Below, piece after piece: positions 41,584-48,231 of a DNA stretch of 64,000 nt; the first letter of the stretch is position 1, and every line of letters begins with the position of its first letter. The position numbers and the translations under genes were made by a program. The notes under the pieces are model-generated. The model was not told the origin of the DNA. It was given only the letters and a program-made list of their open reading frames with translations, and did not search any database. This DNA is from a virus (Duplodnaviria; Heunggongvirae; Uroviricota; Caudoviricetes; Crassvirales): the IMG/VR virus record IMGVR_UViG_3300035495_000018, positions 24,104-88,103 of that record; one strand, 5' to 3'.

Positions 41584-41630
41584 CACCTATAATATATATA
41601 GGTATAACCCACTCAGAATAACAATAGAAT

Positions 41631-42671
41631 ATGTGGAATAAACTATCAATGGCTGATAGAGCCAAGTATATACAAATAGGGGTTCAGAATGGTATTACAG
41701 ACCTCAGTACTATAAGGAAAGCATATAATACTTATGCTAAAGGAGGATACCTTGATTGGAAGAAGAAGGTAAAAGAGTATAAAGGCATTATAATAGATGG
41801 AGATGATACTTATGACTACGAGAGTTACTACCATGATGACCCAGACAGAGCATGGAGACTACTAGATAAAAATAGTAGTGAGCACTTTCCTGATACCTAT
41901 AAGACAGCTACTCATCCTACTTTCTCAGATGAATCTAGATACTCAGGTAGTAAGAATAGGTATAACCCTAATGGAATTACTGGTGGACACTGGTACGGAG
42001 ATAATAGTTATGTAATGTCTCAGTCACAGTTTGATAATGATTGGGATACTGATAGGACTCTAGATTACCTAGGTCAAGAGGATAATCCACCATCATTATA
42101 TGCCCCTGATGGTTCTACTATGTTACATAGTGTAGATGTTACACCTCAGTCTTCAGCATTAAATAGAAGTAGAGAGGCAACTAGACCAAACACAGATTTC
42201 AGCAATGCACAAGATATGACTAAGACACAAAGGTTTGGTGCTACTTGGTTAGCAGGTGTACCATTTCTAGGCATTGACCCACATACTTGTCTCAATACTG
42301 TAACTGGCTTCTATGACCCAAATAATACAGTAGCTTCTAATCCTAATATGGTAGCTCACCCTGAGGACTATGGCTATAAAGAGATAAATCAAAGTGACGC
42401 TGTACCTGGTGACATTATTATATTATCAAACAAGAATAACCACCCTACTCATGCAGTGATGTTTGATAGTGTATCAGTTAAAAGTGGTATACATAATGGA
42501 TTCCCTTATGAGCCTGGAGATACTCTTGTAAACTACTCTAATGGAGGAAGGAGTAATGATAGCTACAGACTGCAAGGACCACTCAAAAGATTTGATGACC
42601 CAGATGCTGCTCATGGTGACTTCTCAGGGTCTCGCAGGTACTTCAGATTTACAGGAAAAGGAAAGAAATAA
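41631..42671 (+). CDS. Hypothetical protein, possibly CHAP/NlpC-P60-like peptidase
   Basis: 346 aa; candidate catalytic Cys (HTCLNTVTGFY) and His (NHPTHAVMF); weak. Confidence 0.3.
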   Translation: MWNKLSMADRAKYIQIGVQNGITDLSTIRKAYNTYAKGGYLDWKKKVKEYKGIIIDGDDTYDYESYYHDDPDRAWRLLDKNSSEHFPDTYKTATHPTFSDESRYSGSKNRYNPNGITGGHWYGDNSYVMSQSQFDNDWDTDRTLDYLGQEDNPPSLYAPDGSTMLHSVDVTPQSSALNRSREATRPNTDFSNAQDMTKTQRFGATWLAGVPFLGIDPHTCLNTVTGFYDPNNTVASNPNMVAHPEDYGYKEINQSDAVPGDIIILSNKNNHPTHAVMFDSVSVKSGIHNGFPYEPGDTLVNYSNGGRSNDSYRLQGPLKRFDDPDAAHGDFSGSRRYFRFTGKGKK

Positions 42672-42688
42672 AAATAATCCAGTAAAAA

Positions 42689-42720
42689 TTTGCATAATTC
42701 AAAATTTTTTCGTATCTTTG
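42689..42720 (+). promoter_or_regulatory. Bacteroidota-type promoter driving the tRNA array (-33 TTTG 42689-42692; -7 TAtcTTTG 42713-42720)
   Basis: 20-nt spacing, immediately upstream of first tRNA. Confidence 0.5.
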
Positions 42721-42736
42721 CACCGTCAATTGAAAT

Positions 42737-42808
42737 TGCTGCTTGGTGTAAAGGCTAACACACCAGTTTTTGGCACTGGGTTTAGAAGTTCGAGTCTTCT
42801 AGCAGCAA
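42737..42808 (+). tRNA. tRNA-Gln (TTG)
   Basis: Manual cloverleaf: acceptor TGCTGCT/AGCAGCA, anticodon loop TTTTGGC, T-arm AGAAG TTCGAGT CTTCT. Confidence 0.7.
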
Positions 42809-42816
42809 CACTGAAT

Positions 42817-42888
42817 GCCTCCTTAGTATAAGGGATAATGCAATAGTCTTCTAAACTATCAATCTAGGTTCGAGTCCTAGAGGAGGTA
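42817..42888 (+). tRNA. tRNA-Arg (TCT)
   Basis: Anticodon stem ATAGT/ACTAT, loop CTTCTAA, T-arm CTAGG TTCGAGT CCTAG. Confidence 0.7.
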
Positions 42889-42974
42889 CTTGCGGAGATG
42901 CGTTTTGTTTTTGTTTGTTGTTTAAAGTGATTGAAAGGAACCCACCCAACCTGTGAAGGTGCAAGTGGGTAAAT

Positions 42975-43047
42975 GGAGCCATCATCTAACAGGTTAGGAT
43001 GCCACTCTTTCAAGGTGGTAATCTGGGTTCAATCCCCAGTGGCTCTA
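42975..43047 (+). tRNA. tRNA-Glu (TTC)
   Basis: Anticodon stem CCACT/GGTGG, loop CTTTCAA, T-arm CTGGG TTCAATC CCCAG. Confidence 0.7.
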
Positions 43048-43056
43048 CTAGATATT

Positions 43057-43127
43057 GGGTGTGTGGTGTAATGGTTAGCATACAACACTGTCACTGTTGA
43101 GGTTGGGGTTCAAGTCCCCCACATCCA
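43057..43127 (+). tRNA. tRNA-Asp (GTC); T-stem appears to be 4 bp
   Basis: Anticodon stem CAACA/TGTTG, loop CTGTCAC, T-loop TTCAAGT. Confidence 0.6.
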
Positions 43128-43132
43128 GCTAT

Positions 43133-43219
43133 GGAAGTTTGGCAGAGTGGCTTAATGCACTGGTCTTGAAAACCAGCAGCCTGTAACAGGGTTCATGGGT
43201 TCAAATCCCATAGCTTCCT
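43133..43219 (+). tRNA. tRNA-Ser (TGA), type II
   Basis: Anticodon stem CTGGT/ACCAG, loop CTTGAAA, long variable arm, T-arm ATGGG TTCAAAT CCCAT. Confidence 0.7.
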
Positions 43220-43224
43220 CAAAT

Positions 43225-43307
43225 GGAGGGTAAAGCAGTGAGGTACTGCATCTGCCTGCTAAGCATGATGTACCTTAGGGTATTTGGTTCGAGTCTAATG
43301 CCCTCCT
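43225..43307 (+). tRNA. tRNA-Ser (GCT), type II (fold less certain)
   Basis: Acceptor GGAGGGT/GCCCTCC, loop CTGCTAA, variable arm TACC-ttag-GGTA. Confidence 0.5.
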
Positions 43308-43317
43308 CAATATATTT

Positions 43318-43390
43318 AGGGAAGTGGTCTAGTGGTTATGATGCATGCTTTGGGAGCATGAGGTCGAGAGTTCGAGTCTCTCTTTCCCTA
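43318..43390 (+). tRNA. tRNA-Pro (TGG)
   Basis: Anticodon stem CATGC/GCATG, loop TTTGGGA, T-arm GAGAG TTCGAGT CTCTC. Confidence 0.7.
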
Positions 43391-43396
43391 CTATAT

Positions 43397-43469
43397 GGGC
43401 TTTTAGTTAAGATGGCTATAACAATAGATTTGCACTCTATAGTCCTGGGTTCGAGTCCCAGTTAGTCCA
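43397..43469 (+). tRNA. tRNA-Ala (TGC); U-U mismatches at acceptor 6-67 and 7-66
   Basis: D GTTA/TAAC, anticodon stem ATAGA/TCTAT, loop TTTGCAC, T-arm CTGGG TTCGAGT CCCAG. Confidence 0.6.
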
Positions 43470-43477
43470 CTAAATAT

Positions 43478-43551
43478 TCCTTCTTAGCTCAGTTGGTTAG
43501 AGCAGTTGACTGTTAATCAAAAGGTCGTAGGTTCAAGTCCTACAGGGGGAG
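43478..43551 (+). tRNA. tRNA-Asn (GTT)
   Basis: D GCTC-AGTTGGTTA-GAGC, loop CTGTTAA, T-arm GTAGG TTCAAGT CCTAC. Confidence 0.7.
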
Positions 43552-43683
43552 CATAATAAAGAGAATAGTACTAGTGTAAGACTCAACGTAACTTAGTGGC
43601 TTTACATTGTATGTAAGTCTAGCCCACTTGAGTGTCGTATAACTCACCTTAGCTACAGAGGATGGTCAATGGTAGCATTATTC

Positions 43684-43754
43684 ATTGGTGTGGTATAATG
43701 GTATTACTCAGGTCTCCAAAACCTGCAATGGGAGTTCGATTCTCTCCACCTTTG
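43684..43754 (+). tRNA. tRNA-Trp (CCA); two U-U acceptor mismatches
   Basis: Anticodon stem CAGGT/ACCTG, loop CTCCAAA, T-arm GGGAG TTCGATT CTCTC. Confidence 0.55.
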
Positions 43755-43760
43755 CTTATT

Positions 43761-43834
43761 GGGCAGTTAACTCAGTTGGTTAGAGTACATGACTGATATT
43801 CATGAGGTCCTAAGTTCGAGCCTTAGATTGCCCA
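43761..43834 (+). tRNA. tRNA-Ile (GAT)
   Basis: Acceptor GGGCAGT/ATTGCCC, anticodon stem CATGA/TCATG, loop CTGATAT, T-arm CTAAG TTCGAGC CTTAG. Confidence 0.75.
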
Positions 43835-43836
43835 CT

Positions 43837-43906
43837 GTGTTAGTAGCTTATAGGTAAAGTGCTTGACTGTGAATCAAGAGAAGAGGGTTCGAGTCCCCCT
43901 AACACC
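43837..43906 (+). tRNA. tRNA-His (GTG)
   Basis: Acceptor GTGTTAG/CTAACAC, D GCTT/AAGT, anticodon stem CTTGA/TCAAG, loop CTGTGAA. Confidence 0.65.
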
Positions 43907-43914
43907 CTATATAT

Positions 43915-43988
43915 TGCTGAGTAGCTTAGACAGTAGAAGCACCTGCCTTATAAGCAGGAGATAGTGGGAGCATTACCCATCTCAGCTA
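43915..43988 (+). tRNA. tRNA-like gene with anticodon TAT (Ile-AUA-type) and non-canonical T-arm GTGGG AGCATTA CCCAT
   Basis: Canonical acceptor/D/anticodon geometry (D GCTT/AAGC, anticodon stem CCTGC/GCAGG, loop CTTATAA) but T-loop lacks TTC. Confidence 0.5.
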
Positions 43989-44248
43989 CTACTCTATGAT
44001 AATACAATTTCTAAATTATATTATTATGAAAAGAGCATGTAAATTACTGAAGAAGGCAGCTAAATGGTACTTTAAACAGATGGAAAGTGCATACTTCTGT
44101 CCTTCGGGAATGATTCCTATGAATTACATAGGATAATTCCCACCCTTCTTTTTGTGATAGTATATAATGTAGAAACATAAGATATAAGAGGATGCTGGTA
44201 GCCACTTCCTAGGAGGAACCTCTATAAAAACAGCTGTAGGCTACACAA

Positions 44249-44321
44249 CTTCCTATAGCTCAATTGGCAGAGCTTCTGACTCTTAATCAGAGGGTTCAGG
44301 GTTCAAGTCCCTGTGGGAAGA
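44249..44321 (+). tRNA. tRNA-Lys (CTT)
   Basis: Acceptor CTTCCTA/TGGGAAG, loop CTCTTAA, T-arm CAGGG TTCAAGT CCCTG. Confidence 0.7.
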
Positions 44322-44328
44322 CTATTAT

Positions 44329-44400
44329 TCTCCTATAGCTGAATGGTAAAGCTGCACTCTTTTAAAGTGAGGATTCTAGGTTCGAGTCCTAGTGGGAGAA
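44329..44400 (+). tRNA. tRNA-Lys (TTT)
   Basis: Loop CTTTTAA, T-arm CTAGG TTCGAGT CCTAG. Confidence 0.65.
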
Positions 44401-44409
44401 CTATTATAT

Positions 44410-44491
44410 GGGAATACTTTAATGCGGAGAATTAGTGCAGTCTGTAAAACTGTTGCCTCTGGCTAAATTGGTTCGACTCCATTTATTCCCA
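44410..44491 (+). tRNA. tRNA-Tyr (GTA), type II
   Basis: Perfect acceptor GGGAATA/TATTCCC, anticodon stem GCAGT/ACTGT, loop CTGTAAA, long variable arm. Confidence 0.65.
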
Positions 44492-44499
44492 CATTGATT

Positions 44500-44573
44500 G
44501 GAGACATAGCAAAGATGGTCTATGCGGAGGACTGAAAATCCTAAGATGTGAGGTTCGATACCCACTGTCTCCA
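44500..44573 (+). tRNA. tRNA-Phe (GAA); T-stem has a bulged A
   Basis: Perfect acceptor GGAGACA/TGTCTCC, loop CTGAAAA. Confidence 0.6.
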
Positions 44574-44577
44574 CTAT

Positions 44578-44665
44578 GCCCAAGTGGTGGAATAGGTAGA
44601 CACAATAGCCTTAGAAGCTATGTCGAAGTAATAGTAGAGTGTGGGTTCGAGTCCCACCTTGGGTA
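44578..44665 (+). tRNA. tRNA-Leu (TAG), type II
   Basis: Anticodon stem ATAGC/GCTAT, loop CTTAGAA, long variable arm, T-arm GTGGG TTCGAGT CCCAC. Confidence 0.7.
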
Positions 44666-44667
44666 CT

Positions 44668-45009
44668 ATGGAAAAGAAGTTTATATTCTATTTCAATGGG
44701 ATGATAGTCAAAGCTTCTATATCAGAATACAATACTAATATAGAAGATTCTTATAGATTCAAGAACATATCCAGTATGAGGGATATTCTGAGAGTGATAA
44801 GAGCTGAATCCCTAAATGATTCTACTGAGAGAGCAATAAGCAAAAGGTCTCTATTCAGTATGGTTAATGAATGGAGGGTACATAATTTATTGTATGCCCT
44901 TGGCATTAAGAGAGATAGGGTTAAAAGTGTTGATTTAAATATAGGTCAACCTTGGTATATTAAGGCAGTGTACACCCTTCTATCACCATTTTATTTGCAC
45001 TTTGTGTGA
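44668..45009 (+). CDS. hypothetical protein (start moved downstream of tRNA-Leu)
   Basis: ORF-track start 44641 lies inside the tRNA; in-frame ATG at 44668 (MEKKF...). Confidence 0.4.
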   Translation: MEKKFIFYFNGMIVKASISEYNTNIEDSYRFKNISSMRDILRVIRAESLNDSTERAISKRSLFSMVNEWRVHNLLYALGIKRDRVKSVDLNIGQPWYIKAVYTLLSPFYLHFV

Positions 45010-45026
45010 AAATACTTATCAATTTA

Positions 45027-45058
45027 TTTGGTAGTATGAAATATTTTACTTAACTTTG
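45027..45058 (+). promoter_or_regulatory. Bacteroidota-type promoter (-33 TTTG 45027-45030; -7 TAacTTTG 45051-45058)
   Basis: Consensus spacing, 22 nt upstream of 45080 ATG. Confidence 0.45.
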
Positions 45059-45079
45059 TAGCATCAAAAGAAAACAAGT

Positions 45080-45277
45080 ATGGCGAAGAATTTATCAAGC
45101 ATGGAGAAGAAGTGGCAGGCTGAAGAGGATGCTAGGACAATGGCTAGATACCAAGAGATAATGTCCGACTCTAAAAGAAAATCAGCAGCCATTAAGCAAG
45201 CCAGAACAGAAGCTTCAGCATTAGAGAAGAGGGCTAATGCAATGAAACTAGCTGCTGGTGGAAAGCTAAAGAAATAA
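45080..45277 (+). CDS. Small hypothetical protein (K/A-rich)
   Basis: 65-aa ORF behind promoter. Confidence 0.45.
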   Translation: MAKNLSSMEKKWQAEEDARTMARYQEIMSDSKRKSAAIKQARTEASALEKRANAMKLAAGGKLKK

Positions 45278-45285
45278 TAAGTGAT

Positions 45286-45358
45286 GCTTCCTTAGTTCAA
45301 TTGGCAGAGCAACTGTTTTGTAATCAGTCTGTTGTAAGTTCGAGTCTTACAGGAAGCT
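45286..45358 (+). tRNA. tRNA-Thr (TGT)
   Basis: Perfect acceptor GCTTCCT/AGGAAGC, loop TTTGTAA, T-arm GTAAG TTCGAGT CTTAC. Confidence 0.75.
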
Positions 45359-45363
45359 CTAAT

Positions 45364-45435
45364 GCAGGATTAGTATAAAGGTTATTATGCCAGTATTCCA
45401 AACTGGATATGAGGGTCCAATTCCCTCATCCTGCT
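45364..45435 (+). tRNA. tRNA-Gly (TCC)
   Basis: Perfect acceptor GCAGGAT/ATCCTGC, anticodon stem CCAGT/ACTGG, loop ATTCCAA, T-arm GAGGG TCCAATT CCCTC. Confidence 0.7.
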
Positions 45436-45441
45436 CAATTA

Positions 45442-45511
45442 TGTGGGGAGAGGAAGTCCTCCATCTAGTCTCATAAGCTAGATTCCGTGGGAGCATTACC
45501 CACCCCCGCAA
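45442..45511 (+). tRNA. tRNA-like gene with anticodon CAT (Met/Ile-lysidine type), same non-canonical T-arm GTGGG AGCATTA CCCAC, very short D-arm
   Basis: Anticodon stem CTAGT/GCTAG, loop CTCATAA; acceptor TGTGGGG/CCCCGCA. Confidence 0.45.
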
Positions 45512-45530
45512 CTAAATAAACAACAAAGAA

Positions 45531-45797
45531 ATGGAAGAGACAATTAAAGACAACACAATGGATATAGCTGCATCTATCAAGGATGCATTTGATGAGAAGT
45601 CAATCTTACCAAGATTCAGTTCCTATGCTGCTGTATCTAAGTTTAAATCAGTAAGAAGAGCTATTAGAAGAGGCCATGTAGATTTGTTCTTTGGCATTAT
45701 CTTCCCTAACAGACCCTTCAATAATAGGAAGGCTACTCCTGGTAGAGCTCAGAATTACACAAAGAAGAGGATGTATGGACAGTTCAAATTACAATGA
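45531..45797 (+). CDS. hypothetical protein
   Basis: 88-aa ORF. Confidence 0.4.
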   Translation: MEETIKDNTMDIAASIKDAFDEKSILPRFSSYAAVSKFKSVRRAIRRGHVDLFFGIIFPNRPFNNRKATPGRAQNYTKKRMYGQFKLQ

Positions 45798-46005
45798 TGA
45801 ACCTGTGTTCTACTGCAAGAGCTGTTTATCTTTAAAAGTAAAGACTGTAGCATCAGGGTTGAACCTTGACTACTGTGATGAGTGTGGCTCCACAGATATA
45901 GAACAATCACATATAGAGGATTGGAGAAAACTCTATAGAGATAGATATGGATTTGATTATCTTACAAAAGAATTAAATAATGGAAGAGAAAAACAAAGAC
46001 ACTAA
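45775..46005 (+). CDS. Small zinc-ribbon protein (start placed at internal Met)
   Basis: CKSC...CDEC motif. Confidence 0.4.
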   Translation: MDSSNYNDEPVFYCKSCLSLKVKTVASGLNLDYCDECGSTDIEQSHIEDWRKLYRDRYGFDYLTKELNNGREKQRH

Positions 46006-46258
46006 GAAGCTGAGTTATGAGGAGCTTGAAAAGGCTGCTGTTCAGCTTCAGCAGAGAGCTATGATGGCTGAGAACAAACTCAGAGGTATTGATTTTGCAT
46101 CAATCAGACTGAACTGGTTGTTCAAGGTACTTGAGAACAAAGAAACATTTAAGCCTGAGTTTGTAAGCAAGTGTGCTAATGAGGTACAGGAGATGCTTAC
46201 AATTGATTCAGAGGATACTGAAGGTACCACTGATGAACAGGCTGGTGAGGCAGACTAA
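45980..46258 (+). CDS. hypothetical acidic protein
   Basis: 92-aa ORF. Confidence 0.4.
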   Translation: MEEKNKDTKKLSYEELEKAAVQLQQRAMMAENKLRGIDFASIRLNWLFKVLENKETFKPEFVSKCANEVQEMLTIDSEDTEGTTDEQAGEAD

Positions 46259-46270
46259 ATGTAGAGTAAA

Positions 46271-46651
46271 ATGGGGAACATTAATAATGTTATTACCATC
46301 CCTACTTCTACAGAAGGTAAGTTCTTCAGGTACTGGCTAGAGTTTCTAAGGCCATTCCATAAGTTGACTGAAAGAGAGACTGATGTTATGGCTGCTTTCT
46401 TGAAGCAAAGGTATGAACTCAGCAAGGTTATTAAAGACCAAGAGGTACTTAATAAGTACACTATGAATGAGGAAACCAAGAGGAAAGTTAGGGAAGAGTG
46501 TGGTATTACACAGGCACACTTTCAAGTCATAATGACTAAACTCAAGAAGAGCAAGATGATTGACAATGGTAGGATTAATCCTAAGTTCATACCTAGAGTG
46601 GAAGAGGATGCTAAGAACTTTCTATTGCTTCTCTCATTTAACTTACAATGA
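46271..46651 (+). CDS. hypothetical protein
   Basis: 126-aa ORF. Confidence 0.45.
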   Translation: MGNINNVITIPTSTEGKFFRYWLEFLRPFHKLTERETDVMAAFLKQRYELSKVIKDQEVLNKYTMNEETKRKVREECGITQAHFQVIMTKLKKSKMIDNGRINPKFIPRVEEDAKNFLLLLSFNLQ

Positions 46652-46932
46652 CCTACACAGAAATCATAAAGAAAGTATCAGAAGATACTGGAATACCTAC
46701 TGAGATAGTAGACAAAGCCTATAAGGCATTTTGGTCATATATAAGGAACTCAGTCCAGGAACTACCTTTAAAAGAGGAACTTACTGAGGCTGAGTTTCTT
46801 AGTTTAAGACCAAACTTTAATATACCTTCACTGGGCAAACTTACCTGTACCTACACAAGGTACATAGGAGTAAAAGAGAAATTTAACCATATAAGGAAGC
46901 TTAGAAGAAATGAAGAAGCTAAAACAGATTAA
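46648..46932 (+). CDS. hypothetical protein
   Basis: 94-aa ORF, start overlaps previous stop. Confidence 0.45.
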   Translation: MTYTEIIKKVSEDTGIPTEIVDKAYKAFWSYIRNSVQELPLKEELTEAEFLSLRPNFNIPSLGKLTCTYTRYIGVKEKFNHIRKLRRNEEAKTD

Positions 46933-47329
46933 GCCCATGTTTAATAGAATCGTCACTACTATGGACGTCTATGAAACTGACCAGTTAAGAGGTGGGTTGG
47001 TTGACCCAACTAAGGCAAAGGGCTCTCTCAAAGAATACCAGACAGTAATCTCAGTAGGAGATACTGTAAGAGGAATCAAACCAGGTGATGTAGTTTGTAT
47101 TGACCCTACAAGATATATGGTCACAAGACACAATGACAAGTCTCTCCACAATGGAGTTATTGGTGATAATATGACTGTAGGATATAAGTTTAGCACTATT
47201 AAACTCAATGACAAAGATTGTCTGATGTTGTATGACCAAGACATTACATTTGTAGTTGAGGAAAGTGAAGATGTTGAAGACCCAACAGTCCAAATTATTC
47301 AACCTGAGAAACCTACTATTATAGTTTAA
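46910..47329 (+). CDS. hypothetical protein
   Basis: 139-aa ORF. Confidence 0.45.
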   Translation: MKKLKQIKPMFNRIVTTMDVYETDQLRGGLVDPTKAKGSLKEYQTVISVGDTVRGIKPGDVVCIDPTRYMVTRHNDKSLHNGVIGDNMTVGYKFSTIKLNDKDCLMLYDQDITFVVEESEDVEDPTVQIIQPEKPTIIV

Positions 47330-47377
47330 ACTATAGGGCCTGTTGATTATTCAGCAGGCCTTTATTATTTTATAGAT

Positions 47378-47929
47378 ATGAAGTTACTCAAATATGAAGG
47401 TTACAAGTTGACCATAGAGCCTGAAGCTCTGACACTTGCACCATTTAAGAAAATATGGAATAGAGACAGGTCTATTAATAAGGACAGAGCTCTTTCTGAA
47501 ATGGGTTACATCTATTTTATGATGGACCCTAGAAGTGATTATCAATACCTAGTAGATGAAGAGGAAAGGTCTAAAGCTATTATAGAAGGAGAGGGTTTAT
47601 CAAGCGATTGGAAGCCTGATAAACTTGTAACAGAAGCTATGGAGTTCTATGGTAAGTTCAAGCCTACAGCTGCTTTACTCCTTGAAGATACAAGGTATGC
47701 AGTAGACAAACTTAGAAAGCTACTTAGGGACATAGACCTTAATCAGTTGGATGACAAAGGTAAACCTGTGTATACTCTAAATACTATTACTGCTACAATC
47801 AAGCAGGTACCTAGTTTGGCAAAAGACCTTGATGAAGCAGAGAAGGCACTTGCATCAGAGATGAGAAATCAAGGTAAAATGAGAGGACAGGGAGAAAAGA
47901 CAATTTACGAAGATAGTTTGGATATATGA
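47378..47929 (+). CDS. hypothetical protein
   Basis: 183-aa ORF. Confidence 0.45.
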   Translation: MKLLKYEGYKLTIEPEALTLAPFKKIWNRDRSINKDRALSEMGYIYFMMDPRSDYQYLVDEEERSKAIIEGEGLSSDWKPDKLVTEAMEFYGKFKPTAALLLEDTRYAVDKLRKLLRDIDLNQLDDKGKPVYTLNTITATIKQVPSLAKDLDEAEKALASEMRNQGKMRGQGEKTIYEDSLDI

Positions 47930-48231
47930 TAGAATTGAATGATATTGTAGAATCCCTCAGCTCTAATATCAAGACTGAGAAGGGGATGCTTGTACTGCAT
48001 AGAAGTATGAAAGTACACCCAAAGTTCAAGGTATACAAGAGGTTTTGTTATGACCTATACCTTATAAAGGGTAAGGAGAAGACACTTATATCTTCTATAG
48101 AAGATGTCAGAAACACTCCTGCTGATGACATAATTAAGGTATGGAATGAGTGTGACAAAGCTTATTTAGGCAAGCTATTAAGGTGGGTTACAAGTGATGA
48201 GTATAAAGCCATGTTGAAAGATGGAATTTAA
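47926..48231 (+). CDS. hypothetical protein
   Basis: 101-aa ORF with ATGA overlap. Confidence 0.45.
   Translation: MIELNDIVESLSSNIKTEKGMLVLHRSMKVHPKFKVYKRFCYDLYLIKGKEKTLISSIEDVRNTPADDIIKVWNECDKAYLGKLLRWVTSDEYKAMLKDGI

Noticed and set aside
43223-43465. 80-aa ORF inside the tRNA array
   Set aside because: It overlaps tRNA-Ser, Pro and Ala genes, so it is spurious.
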